Numbered from the stretch's first letter, positions 22,731 through 32,444 are shown. The stretch is DNA of 64,000 bases from Arcobacteraceae bacterium (GCA_048268245.1 JBLWVX010000003.1:55551-119550); one strand, 5' to 3'. Notes: generated by a model not told the origin, from the letters alone. A program made the numbers and translations.

Positions 22731-23267
22731 ATGTATAACAAAGTAATTATGGTTGGAAATCTTACTAGAGATATTGAACTAAGATATTTACCTTCAGGTG
22801 CAGCAATTGCTAAATCTGCTGTTGCAACTTCATATAAATATAAAACATCTACTGGTGAACAAAAAGATGAAGTTTGTTTTTTAGATTTTAATATCTTTGG
22901 TAGATCTGCTGAAGTTGCTAATCAGTACCTAAGAAAAGGTTCTAAAGTTTTATTAGAGGGAAGACTTGTATTTGAACAATGGACTGCTCAGGATGGAACT
23001 AACAGAAATAGACACTCTTTAAGAGTTGACACTATGAAAATGTTAGATTCAAAGAGTGATTCAATGAATAATGCATCTGGGGACAACCAAGGTTATAATC
23101 CACAAGGTGGATCGTATAATCAACCAGCTGCAAATCAATACAATAATATGAATTCTCAAAATAGTAATACGCAAAACAACTATGGTGGTATGAATAATCA
23201 AGCACAACAAATGCCTGAACAAAAAATACCTGAAATAGATATAGACGAAGATGAAATACCGTTCTAG
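22731..23267 (+). CDS. ssb: Single-stranded DNA-binding protein
   Basis: [19 protein letters not shown], acidic tail ending DEIPF. Confidence 0.98.
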   Translation: MYNKVIMVGNLTRDIELRYLPSGAAIAKSAVATSYKYKTSTGEQKDEVCFLDFNIFGRSAEVANQYLRKGSKVLLEGRLVFEQWTAQDGTNRNRHSLRVDTMKMLDSKSDSMNNASGDNQGYNPQGGSYNQPAANQYNNMNSQNSNTQNNYGGMNNQAQQMPEQKIPEIDIDEDEIPF

Positions 23268-23284
23268 AAAAAAAGGATTATAAA

Positions 23285-23542
23285 ATGGCTGAAAGAAGAA
23301 AATACGGAAAAAAATATTGTAAATACACTGAAATGAAAGTTGATTTCATTGATTACAAAAATACAGATTTATTAAAAATTTCAATGTCTGAAAGAGGTAA
23401 AATTATGCCTAGAAGACTTACTGGAAACTCTAAAAACTCTCAAGAAATGGTAGAGAAAGCAATCAAAAGAGCTAGACACATGGCTTTAGTTCCTTACATT
23501 GTTGATACTAAAAACGTTACTGATGCAGCATACGCTAAATAA
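23285..23542 (+). CDS. rpsR: 30S ribosomal protein S18
   Basis: [35 protein letters not shown]. Confidence 0.98.
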   Translation: MAERRKYGKKYCKYTEMKVDFIDYKNTDLLKISMSERGKIMPRRLTGNSKNSQEMVEKAIKRARHMALVPYIVDTKNVTDAAYAK

Positions 23543-23561
23543 GTAAAAGTTTTATAAATCT

Positions 23562-23597
23562 AAAAAGGGAAGAGGTTTTACCTCTTCCCTTTTTTTA
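23562..23597 (+). terminator. Intrinsic terminator of rpsF-ssb-rpsR
   Basis: AAAAAGGGAAGAGG-TTTTA-CCTCTTCCCTTTTTTT. Confidence 0.9.
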
Positions 23598-23603
23598 TAT
23601 ATT

Positions 23604-23789
23604 ATGAAAAGTTTATTAAAAGAGGCATTACGTCTACGATTTGAGTACTATAATCTTTATGAAAATAAAGAGGATAAATGGCATAAAAAATATAAAAATC
23701 ATGAATTATATAAAGTTGTAGTTGAGAGTTTTAAATATGATTTTACTCAAATAGCACAGAAAATGCCAGAGTTATTAAAAAAGAGTTAA
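23604..23789 (+). CDS. Small hypothetical protein (61 aa)
   Basis: Protein-like composition, fills the gap exactly and is followed by a 12-bp hairpin. No SD seen. Confidence 0.6.
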   Translation: MKSLLKEALRLRFEYYNLYENKEDKWHKKYKNHELYKVVVESFKYDFTQIAQKMPELLKKS

Positions 23790-23815
23790 TAAAAGAGGAG
23801 TAATCCTCTTTTATT
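23788..23815. terminator. Bidirectional terminator between the small ORF and the BCCT gene
   Basis: AATAAAAGAGGA-GTAA-TCCTCTTTTATT perfect 12-bp stem. Confidence 0.85.
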
Positions 23816-23817
23816 TT

Positions 23818-25797
23818 TTAGTTAATTAAATGCATAAAATGCATGTGTTTTTCGTATTGATCAACAATATCACTTCTAATACTATCTTTTTCCCAAGCCA
23901 TAATATCATAGTCTTGGCCACCTTCAATTAAGTGAACAATTGCACAAAAGTATAACTCGTCTTCTTCTCTTTCTTCATCATTTTTATCTTCATTTACAAA
24001 AGCAGGTTTAATTCTTGATATATTTTTTACTTGATATAAAAAGTTTTTATTTTCACCAAAGTTAGTCTCTTCACCAAGATTTACAACTAAAGTTACTTTG
24101 TCATGAGTATCACTCATTTTTACTTCAACATCAAATTCATTTTTTCTTAATACATTTGCAACATCTTCCATTGCTGGTTTTACAACTTTTTCTAAGAACC
24201 TTCTAACATTCTTTTTTGTTGGATAGTTTACAATATTATTAAGTCTTTTATCCCAGTCTTCTGCATTTGTTGTTGATGTTGCCATTGTAGTAGAGTATTG
24301 TAAACTCTCCTTTTTAGCAATATCAAGTCTTAGTGCTTTTATAAGACCATAAGTTGCAACTAATAAAACAATACTAAAAGGTAAGGCACTTGCAATAGTC
24401 ATGGTTTGCAAGGCTGCTAAACCACCTGCAAGTATTAGAATAGATGCAATAACGCCTTCTCCTACTGCCCAATAAACTCTTTGCCAAATTGGTGTATTGT
24501 CATTACCATTTGAACAAAGCATATCAATTACCATAGAACCTGAATCCGAAGATGTAACAAAGAATACAATAACCATAATTGTAGCAATTACAGAAGTAAG
24601 TGATGCAAAAGGAAAGTTCTCTAAAAATGCAAATAGTGCAACTGTAACATCATTTGATACTGTAGTTCCAAGTTGTGTAATTCCTTTTACTAAAATTAAA
24701 TCAATAGCAGAGTTACCAAAGAATGTCATCCACATTAATGTAAATCCAGTTGGTACTAATAAAACACCAAGTGTAAACTCTCTAATTGTTCTACCCCTTG
24801 AAATTCTAGCAATAAATAGACCTACAAATGGTGACCATGAAATCCACCAAGCCCAATATAAAATAGTCCATCCACCAATCCAGTCAGTTTTTTCATAAGC
24901 AAATAGATTAAAAGTACTACTTAGAATATTTGAGGCATATGAACCTATATTTTGAACATAGGCTTGAAGTAAGAATACAGTTGGTCCTACTATTAAAATA
25001 AATAGTAAAAGTCCTACTGCTAATAAAAGATTTATTTCTGATAATCTTTTGATACCTTTATCAAGCCCTGTAGTTACAGAAAGTGTTGCAAGTGCAGTAA
25101 CACCAAGAATTAAAATTACTTGTGTTGTAGGACCTACTGGAACATCCCATAAATAGTTTAATCCTGTATTTACCTGTAAAACACCATAACCAAGTGATGT
25201 TGCAACCCCAAATAAAGTACCAATTACTGCAAAAATATCAACAGCATGACCAATTGGTCCATAAATCTTATCCCCAATAATTGGATAAAGTGCTGATCTT
25301 AAAGTAAGTGGAAGATTATGTCTATAGCTAAAGAAGGCTAAAATAATTGCAACAATTGCATATATAGCCCATGCATGTAATCCCCAGTGAAAGAATGTAA
25401 TTCTCATAGCTTCTCTTGCAGCCTCTACTGTACTTCCATCTCCAACAGGAGGATTTAAAAAATGCATTACAGGTTCTGCAACACCAAAAAACATTAAACC
25501 AATACCCATACCAGCTGAGAAAAGCATAGCAAACCAAGATAGGTTAGTATAATCAGAGGTTGAATGATCAGGTCCTAGTTTAATATCTCCATATTTTGAA
25601 AAAGCTAAAAAAGCAACAGTTATTAAAATAATAGCAACAGTAAGAACATAGAACCAACTACCATTCTCTACTATTACTGCCTGTAAGGCTTTAAAAAAAC
25701 TATCTGCTACTTTTGGAAAAACAGAAGCAAAAAGTGCTAAACATATAATTAACCCTGAGGAGACATAAAAAACAGTTTTATTTAATTTTGAAGTCAT
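23818..25797 (-). CDS. BCCT-family transporter with long C-terminal domain (BetT-like architecture, probably glycine betaine)
   Basis: WFAMLFSAGMGIGLMFFGVAEP, HWGLHAWAIY, WAWWISWSPFVG, ISRGRTIREF. ATG at 25797 follows AAGGA. Confidence 0.93.
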   Translation of the reverse strand: MTSKLNKTVFYVSSGLIICLALFASVFPKVADSFFKALQAVIVENGSWFYVLTVAIILITVAFLAFSKYGDIKLGPDHSTSDYTNLSWFAMLFSAGMGIGLMFFGVAEPVMHFLNPPVGDGSTVEAAREAMRITFFHWGLHAWAIYAIVAIILAFFSYRHNLPLTLRSALYPIIGDKIYGPIGHAVDIFAVIGTLFGVATSLGYGVLQVNTGLNYLWDVPVGPTTQVILILGVTALATLSVTTGLDKGIKRLSEINLLLAVGLLLFILIVGPTVFLLQAYVQNIGSYASNILSSTFNLFAYEKTDWIGGWTILYWAWWISWSPFVGLFIARISRGRTIREFTLGVLLVPTGFTLMWMTFFGNSAIDLILVKGITQLGTTVSNDVTVALFAFLENFPFASLTSVIATIMVIVFFVTSSDSGSMVIDMLCSNGNDNTPIWQRVYWAVGEGVIASILILAGGLAALQTMTIASALPFSIVLLVATYGLIKALRLDIAKKESLQYSTTMATSTTNAEDWDKRLNNIVNYPTKKNVRRFLEKVVKPAMEDVANVLRKNEFDVEVKMSDTHDKVTLVVNLGEETNFGENKNFLYQVKNISRIKPAFVNEDKNDEEREEDELYFCAIVHLIEGGQDYDIMAWEKDSIRSDIVDQYEKHMHFMHLIN

Positions 25798-25885
25798 TAA
25801 AATCCTTTGTATAATGTATTTGTTATTCATTATACAAAAAAAAGATAATGTTAAGTTTATATAAGTATAGTTTACTAAGTTTTTT

Positions 25886-25915
25886 AATAAAGCCTAACTT
25901 AAGTTAGGCTTTATT
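25886..25915 (-). terminator. Terminator of nusA-cysS
   Basis: Perfect 30-bp palindrome AATAAAGCCTAACTTAAGTTAGGCTTTATT overlapping the cysS stop. Confidence 0.8.
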
Positions 25916-27314
25916 GTTTTTCCCAAACAACACCATTTGGCGTGTCCATTAAATTTATGTTCATTGCTGATAATTCATCTCTAACTTTATCAGCACTTTC
26001 AAAATCTTTAGCTTTTTTAGCTTCAGCTCTTTTTAAAATAAGTTCTTCAATTTTATTTTTTGTTTGCTCATCAATTCCAAATTGGAAGTATTCATAAGCA
26101 TCGCTTCCACCAAAACCTAAAGCTTCTTCAATGAACTCTAAAGATGCTACAAGCTCTTTTTTGAAAGCTTTATCTTTTGGATTTTCATTTAACTTTTCAT
26201 TTGCATTATTGATAAACTCATCAATAACTGAAAGGGCTTTAGAAGTATTTAAGTCATCATTTAAAGCTTCAATAATTGCAGCTTTAAAATCTTTGTTTAT
26301 AGCAGATTTTCCACCACCATAAACTCTTTTTTTAACTCTATAAAACTTGTCTAATCTTTTTTTAGAAGCTATTAAGTCTTCTTCATTAAAATTAAAGTTT
26401 GCTCTATAGTGAGCTGTTATAAGATAAAATCTTACAACTTCTCCTGAGTATGCTTTTAGAATATCTTTTAAGAAAAATGAGTTTCCAAGTGATTTACTCA
26501 TTTTTTCACCATTGATATTTACAAAACCATTGTGCATCCAATATTTTGCTAAATGCTGTTTTGAGTCACATCTAGTTTGAGCTGCTTCATTTTCATGATG
26601 AGGGAAAAGTAAGTCAGCTCCTCCTCCATGAATATCAATTTGATATTCACTATCTTCATAAGCTAAATGTTTTTTAATCATAGCAGAACATTCAATATGC
26701 CATCCTGGACGACCAAGACCAAATGGTGCTTCAAAACTTACGTCATTTTCTTTTGCAAATTTCCATAAGGCAAAGTCTGATGAGTTCCTTTTTTCAGTGT
26801 TTGTTACTACTCTTGATTGAGAGTTCTCATCACTTGCCATTGATGAAATAGAACCATAAGTTTCATCTTTTGAAGTATCAAAATATATACCATCGCTAGT
26901 TTTATAAGCAACATCTTTAGATATTAGGTTATTAATCATATCTTTCATAATTTCAAGATTTTGTGTTGCTTTTGGCTCTAATGTATTATTTAATACATTT
27001 AAAGTTTTCATATCATTTTTATAAGCATTGATATACGAAGTAGTAATATCTTCAAGTGTTCTTGATGTTATATACATCTTTTTTATAATTTTATCATCAA
27101 TATCAGTAAAGTTTTTTGTCATTGTTACTTCATAGTTGTTTATTTTAAACATTCTATGAAGTAAGTCAAATGCAATGGCACTTCTTGCATGACCTAAGTG
27201 TGAGTCATCATAAACTGTTGGCCCACACACATATATTTTTACTTGATTTTTCTTGATAGCTTCAAATTGAACTTTTTTCTTCTTTACTGAATCAAATATA
27301 TTTATAGTTTTCAT
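25911..27314 (-). CDS. cysS: Cysteine--tRNA ligase
   Basis: YVCGPTVYD, HLGH, GRPGWHIECSAM, KMSKS. Confidence 0.98.
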   Translation of the reverse strand: MKTINIFDSVKKKKVQFEAIKKNQVKIYVCGPTVYDDSHLGHARSAIAFDLLHRMFKINNYEVTMTKNFTDIDDKIIKKMYITSRTLEDITTSYINAYKNDMKTLNVLNNTLEPKATQNLEIMKDMINNLISKDVAYKTSDGIYFDTSKDETYGSISSMASDENSQSRVVTNTEKRNSSDFALWKFAKENDVSFEAPFGLGRPGWHIECSAMIKKHLAYEDSEYQIDIHGGGADLLFPHHENEAAQTRCDSKQHLAKYWMHNGFVNINGEKMSKSLGNSFFLKDILKAYSGEVVRFYLITAHYRANFNFNEEDLIASKKRLDKFYRVKKRVYGGGKSAINKDFKAAIIEALNDDLNTSKALSVIDEFINNANEKLNENPKDKAFKKELVASLEFIEEALGFGGSDAYEYFQFGIDEQTKNKIEELILKRAEAKKAKDFESADKVRDELSAMNINLMDTPNGVVWEKQ

Positions 27315-27315
27315 G

Positions 27316-28488
27316 TTATTTAAATAGTGCTTCTAAAGATGAAGTATCAGTTGTTTTTTCTTCATTATGATTTGAATCCATAGATGAAGTAGGTGTTTTA
27401 CCTTCTATTTCAACTAACTCAATATCATATTTTGTAAGCATTGAAGCTAATCTAATATTTAAACCAGATTTTCCAATAGCTTTTGATTTTTGATCACTTG
27501 GGATAGTAACTGTTGCTTTACCTTTTTCATTCCCTTCAGGTGCTTTATCAATTTTTACAGATGATATAATTGCAGGAGATAAGGCTCTTGATAAGAACAT
27601 TTCAGGAACAGTTGAGTATTCAACACAGTCAATATTTTCACCATTTAATTGTTGAGAAACTGCACCAATTCTAACACCTTTAACCCCAACAACAGAACCA
27701 ATTGGGTCTATTTGTGGATCAGTAGTTAAAAGTGCAATTTTAGCTCTAGAACCAGGAATTCTAGCACTAGCTTCAATAGAGATTTTTTCATCTTTAAGTT
27801 CAGGAACTTCAAGTTTTAATAATGACTCTAAGAATTTAGGGCTTGTTCTTGAAATTTCAATAATTAAACCATTTGATTTATCAATATTTACTGATTTTAC
27901 AACTGCTTTGATTGTATCACCTATTCTAAATGACTCACCTTTGATTCTACTTTTTCTAGCTAGCATACCTTTAACTTCACCAATTTCAATAAATGTATTT
28001 TCAGATCTATCTACTCTTGTTACAGTTCCTGAAATAATTTTTCCTACTTTGCTTTTATATTTGCTAACTAAATTCTCTTCAATAAATCTTTGAATTCTAT
28101 ACTCAAAGTTGTTATGTAAAATTGTAGCTGCGTTTCTTCCCATGTTTTCAAACTCAAGATCATAATCTACTGTATCACCAACTTCTAAGTCTTGATCAAT
28201 CTCTTTTGCTTCAGATAATTCAATAAAGTTTTCAGGGTTAAGTTTATTTCCCCATTCATCTTCACCTAAACCTAAAGTTCTATTATCACCATCAGGTACA
28301 ACTTCAATTTTTTGTGAAAGTTCTAACTTTTTACTTTCTCTATCAATATTTGCATCAAAGACTAATGTTTCATCCACCATTTTTTGGGCGGTTTTGATTA
28401 ATGCTTCTTTTAAAGCATTTTCAACATCTTCAATTTTTAAGCCTTTTTCATAGGCAATTGAATCTAAAATATCTATTATTTTGTCCAT
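27316..28488 (-). CDS. nusA: Transcription factor NusA
   Basis: MDKIIDILDSIAYEKG, S1 and KH domains (ARIPGSRAKIA, DPIGSVVGVKG, AIGKSGLNIRLAS). ATG at 28488 follows AAAAGG. Confidence 0.96.
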   Translation of the reverse strand: MDKIIDILDSIAYEKGLKIEDVENALKEALIKTAQKMVDETLVFDANIDRESKKLELSQKIEVVPDGDNRTLGLGEDEWGNKLNPENFIELSEAKEIDQDLEVGDTVDYDLEFENMGRNAATILHNNFEYRIQRFIEENLVSKYKSKVGKIISGTVTRVDRSENTFIEIGEVKGMLARKSRIKGESFRIGDTIKAVVKSVNIDKSNGLIIEISRTSPKFLESLLKLEVPELKDEKISIEASARIPGSRAKIALLTTDPQIDPIGSVVGVKGVRIGAVSQQLNGENIDCVEYSTVPEMFLSRALSPAIISSVKIDKAPEGNEKGKATVTIPSDQKSKAIGKSGLNIRLASMLTKYDIELVEIEGKTPTSSMDSNHNEEKTTDTSSLEALFK

Positions 28489-28639
28489 TAATAACCTTTT
28501 TTGTGTTGACATTGAAATGATTTGTTTTGATTTCCAATGTAATGTAGGCAGATATTATATCTAAAACTTCTTTTATACAAATTAAAGCAATTTTAAGATA
28601 AAATGTATAGTTACATTAAAAAAGAAAAGGGCTTAATAG

Positions 28640-28882
28640 ATGGAATTATTATTTGCTAGAAACGAGTTAAATGAAAAACCCAAAAAAGTACAATTAGATA
28701 AGATTAAAGAAGAATTACAAAAAGAGGGTGAAAAAATTTTCTATTTTGATAGAGATAATTCTCACAAAGATATGATGGCATTAGTAGATGCTTTAGAAGA
28801 TGAAGGCTTAAATGTATATTTTAGAGAAGTTAAATACGGTTTAGCTGATGAAGAATATATGTATGAGGTTCATGCACTTTAA
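28640..28882 (+). CDS. HP0268-family small nuclease
   Basis: MELLFARNEL...IFYFDRDNSHKD...YEVHAL. Divergent from nusA and upstream of miaB as in Campylobacterota. Confidence 0.85.
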   Translation: MELLFARNELNEKPKKVQLDKIKEELQKEGEKIFYFDRDNSHKDMMALVDALEDEGLNVYFREVKYGLADEEYMYEVHAL

Positions 28883-28901
28883 TAGAAAGTAGTTTAGCAA
28901 A

Positions 28902-30212
28902 ATGAGTTCAAACAAAAAATTATTTATTCAAACTTTAGGGTGTCAGATGAATGACACTGATAGTCAACACATTGCAGCTGAATTAGAAAAGCATAAAGAT
29001 TATACTCAAACTGAGCAAATTGAAGATGCTGATTTAATTATAATTAATACATGTTCAGTAAGAGAAAAACCAGTTCAAAAACTTTTTTCTGAAATTGGTC
29101 AATTCAATAAAAAGAAAAAAGATGGAGCTAAGATTGGTGTTTGTGGATGTACGGCAAGTCATTTAGGAAACGATATCATTAAAAGAGCTCCGTATGTTGA
29201 TTTTGTAGTTGGTGCTAGAAATATCTCTAAAATTAAAGATGTTGTTGATGTAAAAGGTGCAGTTGAAATTGCAATTGACAATGATGAGTCAATGTATGAG
29301 TTTGCTGCTGCAAAAACAAATAAATACAGAGCAAGTGTAAATATTTCAGTTGGTTGTGATAAAAAATGTACTTACTGTATTGTTCCAAATACTAGAGGTG
29401 AAGAGATTTCTATTCCACCCGAAATGATTGTAAAACAAGTGCAAAATGCAGTTGATGAAGGTGCAGTTGAAGTAATGCTTTTAGGTCAAAATGTAAACTC
29501 TTATGGTAGAAGATTTTCAGATAAAAGACCTAAATACTCTTTTACTAAACTTTTACAAGATGTTTCTAAAATTGAGGGATTAAAAAGAATTCGATTTACA
29601 TCTCCTCATCCTTTACATATGGATGATGAGTTTATTGAAGAATTTGCAAAAAATGAAAAAATCTCAAGATGTATTCATATGCCATTACAAAGTGGTTCTA
29701 CTTCAATTTTAAGAGCTATGAAAAGAGGATACACAAAAGAGTGGTTCTTAAATAGAGCAGCTAAAATGAGGGAATTAGTTTCAAACCTTAGAATTACAAC
29801 GGATATTATTGTTGCATTCCCTGGTGAAACTAATGAAGATTTCCAAGATACTTTAGATGTTGTAAGAAAAGTAGGATTTGATCAAATTTTTAACTTTAAA
29901 TACTCACCTAGACCTGAAACAGCAGCATTAGATCTTAAAGATCAAGAAATTCCAGATGAAATTGGAAGTGCAAGATTAACAGAGTTAATTGAACTTCATA
30001 AAAGACATCTTGAAGAAGAAATGCCAAAATTAGTTGGCTCTACTGTAAATATTTTAGTTGAATCTTTAAAACCTAATGGTGAGATTTCTGGATATACTGA
30101 TAACTATCTTCAAGTATTTGCAAAAGGTAGTGATGAACTATTAGGTAAATTTGTGGATGTTAAAGTAACAGATGTAACAAGAACAGCTTTAAAGGGTGAA
30201 GTTATAGCCTAA
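28902..30212 (+). CDS. miaB: tRNA-2-methylthio-N6-dimethylallyladenosine synthase
   Basis: TLGCQMN, NTCSVRE, radical SAM CDKKCTYC, LGQNVNSYG, C-terminal TRAM domain. Confidence 0.97.
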   Translation: MSSNKKLFIQTLGCQMNDTDSQHIAAELEKHKDYTQTEQIEDADLIIINTCSVREKPVQKLFSEIGQFNKKKKDGAKIGVCGCTASHLGNDIIKRAPYVDFVVGARNISKIKDVVDVKGAVEIAIDNDESMYEFAAAKTNKYRASVNISVGCDKKCTYCIVPNTRGEEISIPPEMIVKQVQNAVDEGAVEVMLLGQNVNSYGRRFSDKRPKYSFTKLLQDVSKIEGLKRIRFTSPHPLHMDDEFIEEFAKNEKISRCIHMPLQSGSTSILRAMKRGYTKEWFLNRAAKMRELVSNLRITTDIIVAFPGETNEDFQDTLDVVRKVGFDQIFNFKYSPRPETAALDLKDQEIPDEIGSARLTELIELHKRHLEEEMPKLVGSTVNILVESLKPNGEISGYTDNYLQVFAKGSDELLGKFVDVKVTDVTRTALKGEVIA

Positions 30213-30823
30213 TGAAGCTTTTCTTTAAACTAAAAATATTACCATACTTCTTATATTTTTTAGTTAGATTAATCTATGCTACAAACAAAAAAGTTTATCA
30301 TCATCCAAAATTAGGTGATGAAGCTTTTGTTTTTGTTATGTGGCATGGAGATCTACTTAGTCAACCTTTTAATTACAAAGCCCAAAGAGGTAATAGAGTA
30401 GTAAAAGGTATGATTAGTTTAAATAAAGATGGAGAAATACTATCTAAAGTTTTTGCACTTTTAGGAATAGAAGCATTAAGAGGTTCTTCTTCTAAAGGTG
30501 CAGCTAAAGTTTTAATTAGTACAATTAAGGAAATTAAATCAGGAAGTGACGTAGCTATTACTCCTGATGGTCCAAGAGGGCCTAGATTTTCTGTAGCAAA
30601 TGGTGTTGTAGCCATCGCTCAAAAAAGTGGTTCTAAGGTTGTTGTATTAAACTCAAAACCAAGTAAATATTGGCAGTTTAATTCTTGGGATAAGTTTATT
30701 TTACCTAAGCCTTTTGGTAAAATAGATTTTTATATGTCAGAACCTTACGATATTAGTAACTTACAAATGGATGAAGCAAAAGATTTTATAAAAGAAAAAC
30801 TAATGGTTCATTCAATTAAATAG
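30212..30823 (+). CDS. DUF374 lysophospholipid acyltransferase-family protein
   Basis: FVMWHG, RGSSSKG, ITPDGPRGP, SWDKFILPKPF. Confidence 0.9.
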   Translation: MKLFFKLKILPYFLYFLVRLIYATNKKVYHHPKLGDEAFVFVMWHGDLLSQPFNYKAQRGNRVVKGMISLNKDGEILSKVFALLGIEALRGSSSKGAAKVLISTIKEIKSGSDVAITPDGPRGPRFSVANGVVAIAQKSGSKVVVLNSKPSKYWQFNSWDKFILPKPFGKIDFYMSEPYDISNLQMDEAKDFIKEKLMVHSIK

Positions 30824-30839
30824 TTTAAATAGGAAATAT

Positions 30840-32402
30840 ATGTTTAGTAAAGAGTCTTTATATATTAATGCAATTAAATATGATACTCAATTAAAGCTAG
30901 ATTATAAAAAACTAGATGATGAGCAGATAATAGAAGCGAATAATTCAGTTTTTTTAGTTAAAGATGAGATTTTATCCCATGAAATTGCACACAAAATTAA
31001 TGCATCTCAAAAGCAAACACCTTTAAGCTATATTTCTACTTTACTTATTAGTGATACTACAAAGTTAATTCCTAAATCAAGTAAAAGGCCAATTGATTGT
31101 GAAATAGTACATTTTAATAATGAATATGATATTGCTGTTTTAAAATCTACTCTTTTTGAAACAGAACACTATTTTGAAAAAACAGGTATTGATTATATTT
31201 ATTCTGCTTTTCACATTTTAAATCTTCATATTGAGCAAAAAGTATGTAAAAATCAGCTTTTGATTTTTTTATTTAATAATAAGGCATTTATTTTAATTCT
31301 TGATGATAAATCAAAGATTGTATATAGTAAGACAGTTGAACTTCCAACTTTTGAAAGTGTTAAAAAAACACACTTTTACGATGATGATGTAGTGGGACAA
31401 AAACTTTTTGATGAAATTTATTATTTAGAACTAAGTGAAATAATTCACAATAATTTAAATGAGTTTTATGAGAGTGAGTCTCAAACATTTATTGATAAGA
31501 TTACTATTTTATATACTTTAAAACAACTAAGCCAAGAGCAAATTGATAATTTAAGTAATGAACTATTACTTACAATAGATTATCAACCAATAAATATTGA
31601 TGAAGAAATTTTTGAATTATCAAAAGATAAACATCACAAACAAAGCTTTATAAGCCCAAGAAGGAAAGAGAAAAAGAATAATTACTTTAGTATATTAATA
31701 GTATTATTTTTTGCACTGGCCTTTTATGGAGTTTATATTTTATTTGATGAAGTATCCCACAATAAGACTCAAGAAACTAAAACCCAAAAGAATATAAGAA
31801 GTGAAGTTAAACTTCCTGATCATGTTAATAAAAACGATAGAATAACAAAAAGGATAAAAGCTATTTTTGACTCAATTCCTTATGATGTAGTATTGAGTGA
31901 AATGGTTGTAGATGGTGATGCTTTACTTTTAAAAGCTAAATTTTTAAAAGACGATACTTTTATAAAGTCGCTTCAACCTGAACTTGGTTCACTTTATGAA
32001 ACAATAGAAGTTGAACTAGATTCTAAAGATAAAAAGCATTTTGTAGATGGTACTGTTATGGCTAAAGATTTACTTGATTTAGAGGACATTAACTATAGAA
32101 AATATAATAATAAATATATTGTTGATGAATTTTTCCCTATTTCAAGAGTGACAGAACAATTAAAAATCTTAATGCCTGAAAATGCTATAGTAAAATTTCA
32201 ATCAAGTCAAAATAAAAAAGTCACAGTTTTTAACTATTTAATTAATATTGAGATTTCTACACCTAAAGAATTTTTTGATTTGATTGACATGATAAATAAT
32301 GAACTGTATTCAATTACTATCTCATATCCTATAAGTATGATAAAGAATGATGAAGGTAAGTTAGATATTGAGTTTAATGTACAATTTAATCAACCTCAAT
32401 AG
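30840..32402 (+). CDS. Bitopic membrane protein, predicted PilM-PilN-PilO-like fusion
   Basis: About 270-aa cytoplasmic PilM-like part, basic SFISPRRKEKK, single TM at aa ~282-302, PilN-like IFDSIPYDVVLSEM, PilO-like C-terminal domain. See findings. Confidence 0.6.
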   Translation: MFSKESLYINAIKYDTQLKLDYKKLDDEQIIEANNSVFLVKDEILSHEIAHKINASQKQTPLSYISTLLISDTTKLIPKSSKRPIDCEIVHFNNEYDIAVLKSTLFETEHYFEKTGIDYIYSAFHILNLHIEQKVCKNQLLIFLFNNKAFILILDDKSKIVYSKTVELPTFESVKKTHFYDDDVVGQKLFDEIYYLELSEIIHNNLNEFYESESQTFIDKITILYTLKQLSQEQIDNLSNELLLTIDYQPINIDEEIFELSKDKHHKQSFISPRRKEKKNNYFSILIVLFFALAFYGVYILFDEVSHNKTQETKTQKNIRSEVKLPDHVNKNDRITKRIKAIFDSIPYDVVLSEMVVDGDALLLKAKFLKDDTFIKSLQPELGSLYETIEVELDSKDKKHFVDGTVMAKDLLDLEDINYRKYNNKYIVDEFFPISRVTEQLKILMPENAIVKFQSSQNKKVTVFNYLINIEISTPKEFFDLIDMINNELYSITISYPISMIKNDEGKLDIEFNVQFNQPQ

Positions 32403-32413
32403 ATTTAATAAAA

Positions 32414-32444
32414 GAATTAAAGGTTAATTCCAAACCTTTAATTC
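32414..32444. terminator. Bidirectional terminator overlapping the mqnE stop
   Basis: GAATTAAAGGTT-AATTCCA-AACCTTTAATTC 12-bp stem. Confidence 0.75.
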
